Of a stretch of DNA of 30,838 bases, positions 29,858-30,838 are shown piece by piece (position 1 is the stretch's first letter; each line of letters starts with the position of its first letter). The stretch is from a virus (Duplodnaviria > Heunggongvirae > Uroviricota > Caudoviricetes), in IMG/VR virus record IMGVR_UViG_2917413769_000005, one strand, 5' to 3'. The notes under the pieces were generated by a model, which saw only the letters and a list, made by a program, of their open reading frames with translations, did no database searches and had not been told where the DNA came from. The translations under genes were made by a program, and so were the position numbers.

Positions 29858-30838
29858 ATGTCGATTAAGAAGCTCGAAGGTGGTCAATATGAAGTAGACG
29901 TGTACCCGCGTGGGCGTAATGGAAAACGCATCCGCAGGCGCTTCGATAAGAAGCAAGAGGCAGTACTTTTTGAGCGGTATGTTGTAGTCAATGCCGACAA
30001 AAAAGAATGGTTAGGCGCGAGCGTAGATCGCCGCACCTTAAGCGAGTTGTTAGATACCTGGTGGTTGCTGTACGGACAAACGCTGGAAAATGGTGAGATT
30101 GAAAAACGGCACCTGAGCAAAACAATCAGGGCGCTGGGAGATCCAGCAGTAAACCGTTTAAGCAAACGTACGATAGCGCAACACCGTAGCCAGCGGCTGG
30201 ATGATGGGATCAGCTCCGCCACAATCAACCGTGATATGTATCGGCTATCAGGTATGTTCAGCGCGCTGATCAAACTGGATGAGTTCAGGAAGGAAAACCC
30301 CTGTAAGGGGCTGGAGCCACTGAAAGAAACGCCGCCAGCCATGACCTATCTCACAAAATCAGAGATCGGCAAATTGCTGGATACCCTGACAGGGGATGAT
30401 CGACGCGTAGCGCTGCTATGTCTCAGTACGGGTGCTCGCTGGGGCGAAGGAAGTACGTTACGGGGAGAGCAGGTTAATCACGGGCGTGTGACGTTCCTCA
30501 AAACCAAAAACGGGAAAAAGCGAACGGTTCCGATATCGGAAGATCTGGAGAAAGAGATCAAGACCAGCGACACAGGGCCACTGTTCAAAGTTGATTATGA
30601 AAACTTCTGCGAACGGCTCAAAAAGGTTAAGCCCGATCTTCCACGTGGTCAGGCTACGCATGTGCTTCGGCACACGTTCGCAAGTTGGTTCATGATGAAT
30701 GGGGGGAATATTATTGCGTTACAGCAGATTCTGGGGCACGCCAGCATACAGCAGACAATGGTTTATGCACACCTGGCCCCTGATTATCTGAAGCACGCAG
30801 TAACGTTAAACCCACTTGGTGGAGGGCTGACGATTTGA
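29858..30838 (+). CDS. int: tyrosine recombinase / phage integrase
   Basis: 326 aa. ARWGE (Arg I region), HVLRHTFAS (H-x-x-R box) and GHASIQQTMVYAHL (catalytic Tyr) are present. GGAGGG SD lies upstream. It is downstream of C, as in P2. Confidence 0.9.
   Translation: MSIKKLEGGQYEVDVYPRGRNGKRIRRRFDKKQEAVLFERYVVVNADKKEWLGASVDRRTLSELLDTWWLLYGQTLENGEIEKRHLSKTIRALGDPAVNRLSKRTIAQHRSQRLDDGISSATINRDMYRLSGMFSALIKLDEFRKENPCKGLEPLKETPPAMTYLTKSEIGKLLDTLTGDDRRVALLCLSTGARWGEGSTLRGEQVNHGRVTFLKTKNGKKRTVPISEDLEKEIKTSDTGPLFKVDYENFCERLKKVKPDLPRGQATHVLRHTFASWFMMNGGNIIALQQILGHASIQQTMVYAHLAPDYLKHAVTLNPLGGGLTI

Larger units (their letters stand above)
1..30838. mobile_element. P2-like temperate myovirus prophage, near-complete gene set (ogr/D ... 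cos ... A ... cox/C/int)
   Basis: Recognisable homologues of P2 Q,P,O,N,M,L,X,R,S,V,W,J,I,H,G,FI,FII,E/E',T,U,D,ogr,A,cox,C and int, in largely P2-like order. The window starts at the stop codon of a lipoprotein gene and ends at the int stop codon, so attL/attR are not visible. Confidence 0.9.

Noticed and set aside
1-30838. Search for CRISPR arrays, tRNA/tmRNA fragments at the ends, IS elements, LexA boxes (CTGT-N8-ACAG) and reverse-transcriptase/retron features
   Set aside because: No regularly spaced repeats, no cloverleaf-like segments, no transposase-like ORFs, no convincing LexA box and no RT-like ORF were seen by eye. The absence of att and tRNA signals is expected because the window stops at the terminal gene boundaries.

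Overview
The whole 30.8-kb window is one P2-like temperate myophage prophage from an enterobacterial-type genome (roughly mid-50s % GC by eye, with AT-rich patches). It lies reversed relative to the standard P2 map. From right to left it contains: int and the C repressor (+), the face-to-face immunity switch, then a minus-strand early operon. That operon runs cox, five small unknown ORFs, Dam, a C5 cytosine methyltransferase, the gpA rolling-circle initiator and a zinc-ribbon ORF. Next come an accessory slot holding a Phd/Doc toxin-antitoxin pair, a non-coding cos region, portal Q and terminase P (+), and O-N-M-L-X (-). These are followed by a lysis cassette (lambda-S-like holin, M15 peptidase endolysin, embedded spanins), R-S-V-W-J-I-H-G (-), FI-FII-E/E'-T-U (+), D and ogr (-), and an AT-rich lipoprotein gene at the left edge. 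The att sites are outside the window. No tRNA, rRNA, CRISPR array or IS element was seen. Points worth a second look, in rough order of interest:
- The C5-methyltransferase gene has a second same-strand reading frame of about 290 codons, broken by a single TAA, that carries three G-W-x-T-P-x-A-x-[DN] repeats and a WLMGLPEEW motif.
- The tape-measure gene is split by a frameshift at an A8 run.
- The FI-to-U tail module is inverted relative to P2/186, so D/ogr and FI-U are transcribed divergently.
- Two near-identical TGT-N12-AGA late-promoter boxes each sit midway between divergent late operons.
- The old/tin-equivalent accessory slot holds phd-doc with a perfect palindromic operator, an uncharacterised zinc-ribbon protein and an unexplained pair of strong hairpins.
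- A candidate cos end lies next to helically phased TTGTGCA repeats.
All homology statements rest on my reading of the translated ORFs and recalled family motifs. No database search was run.
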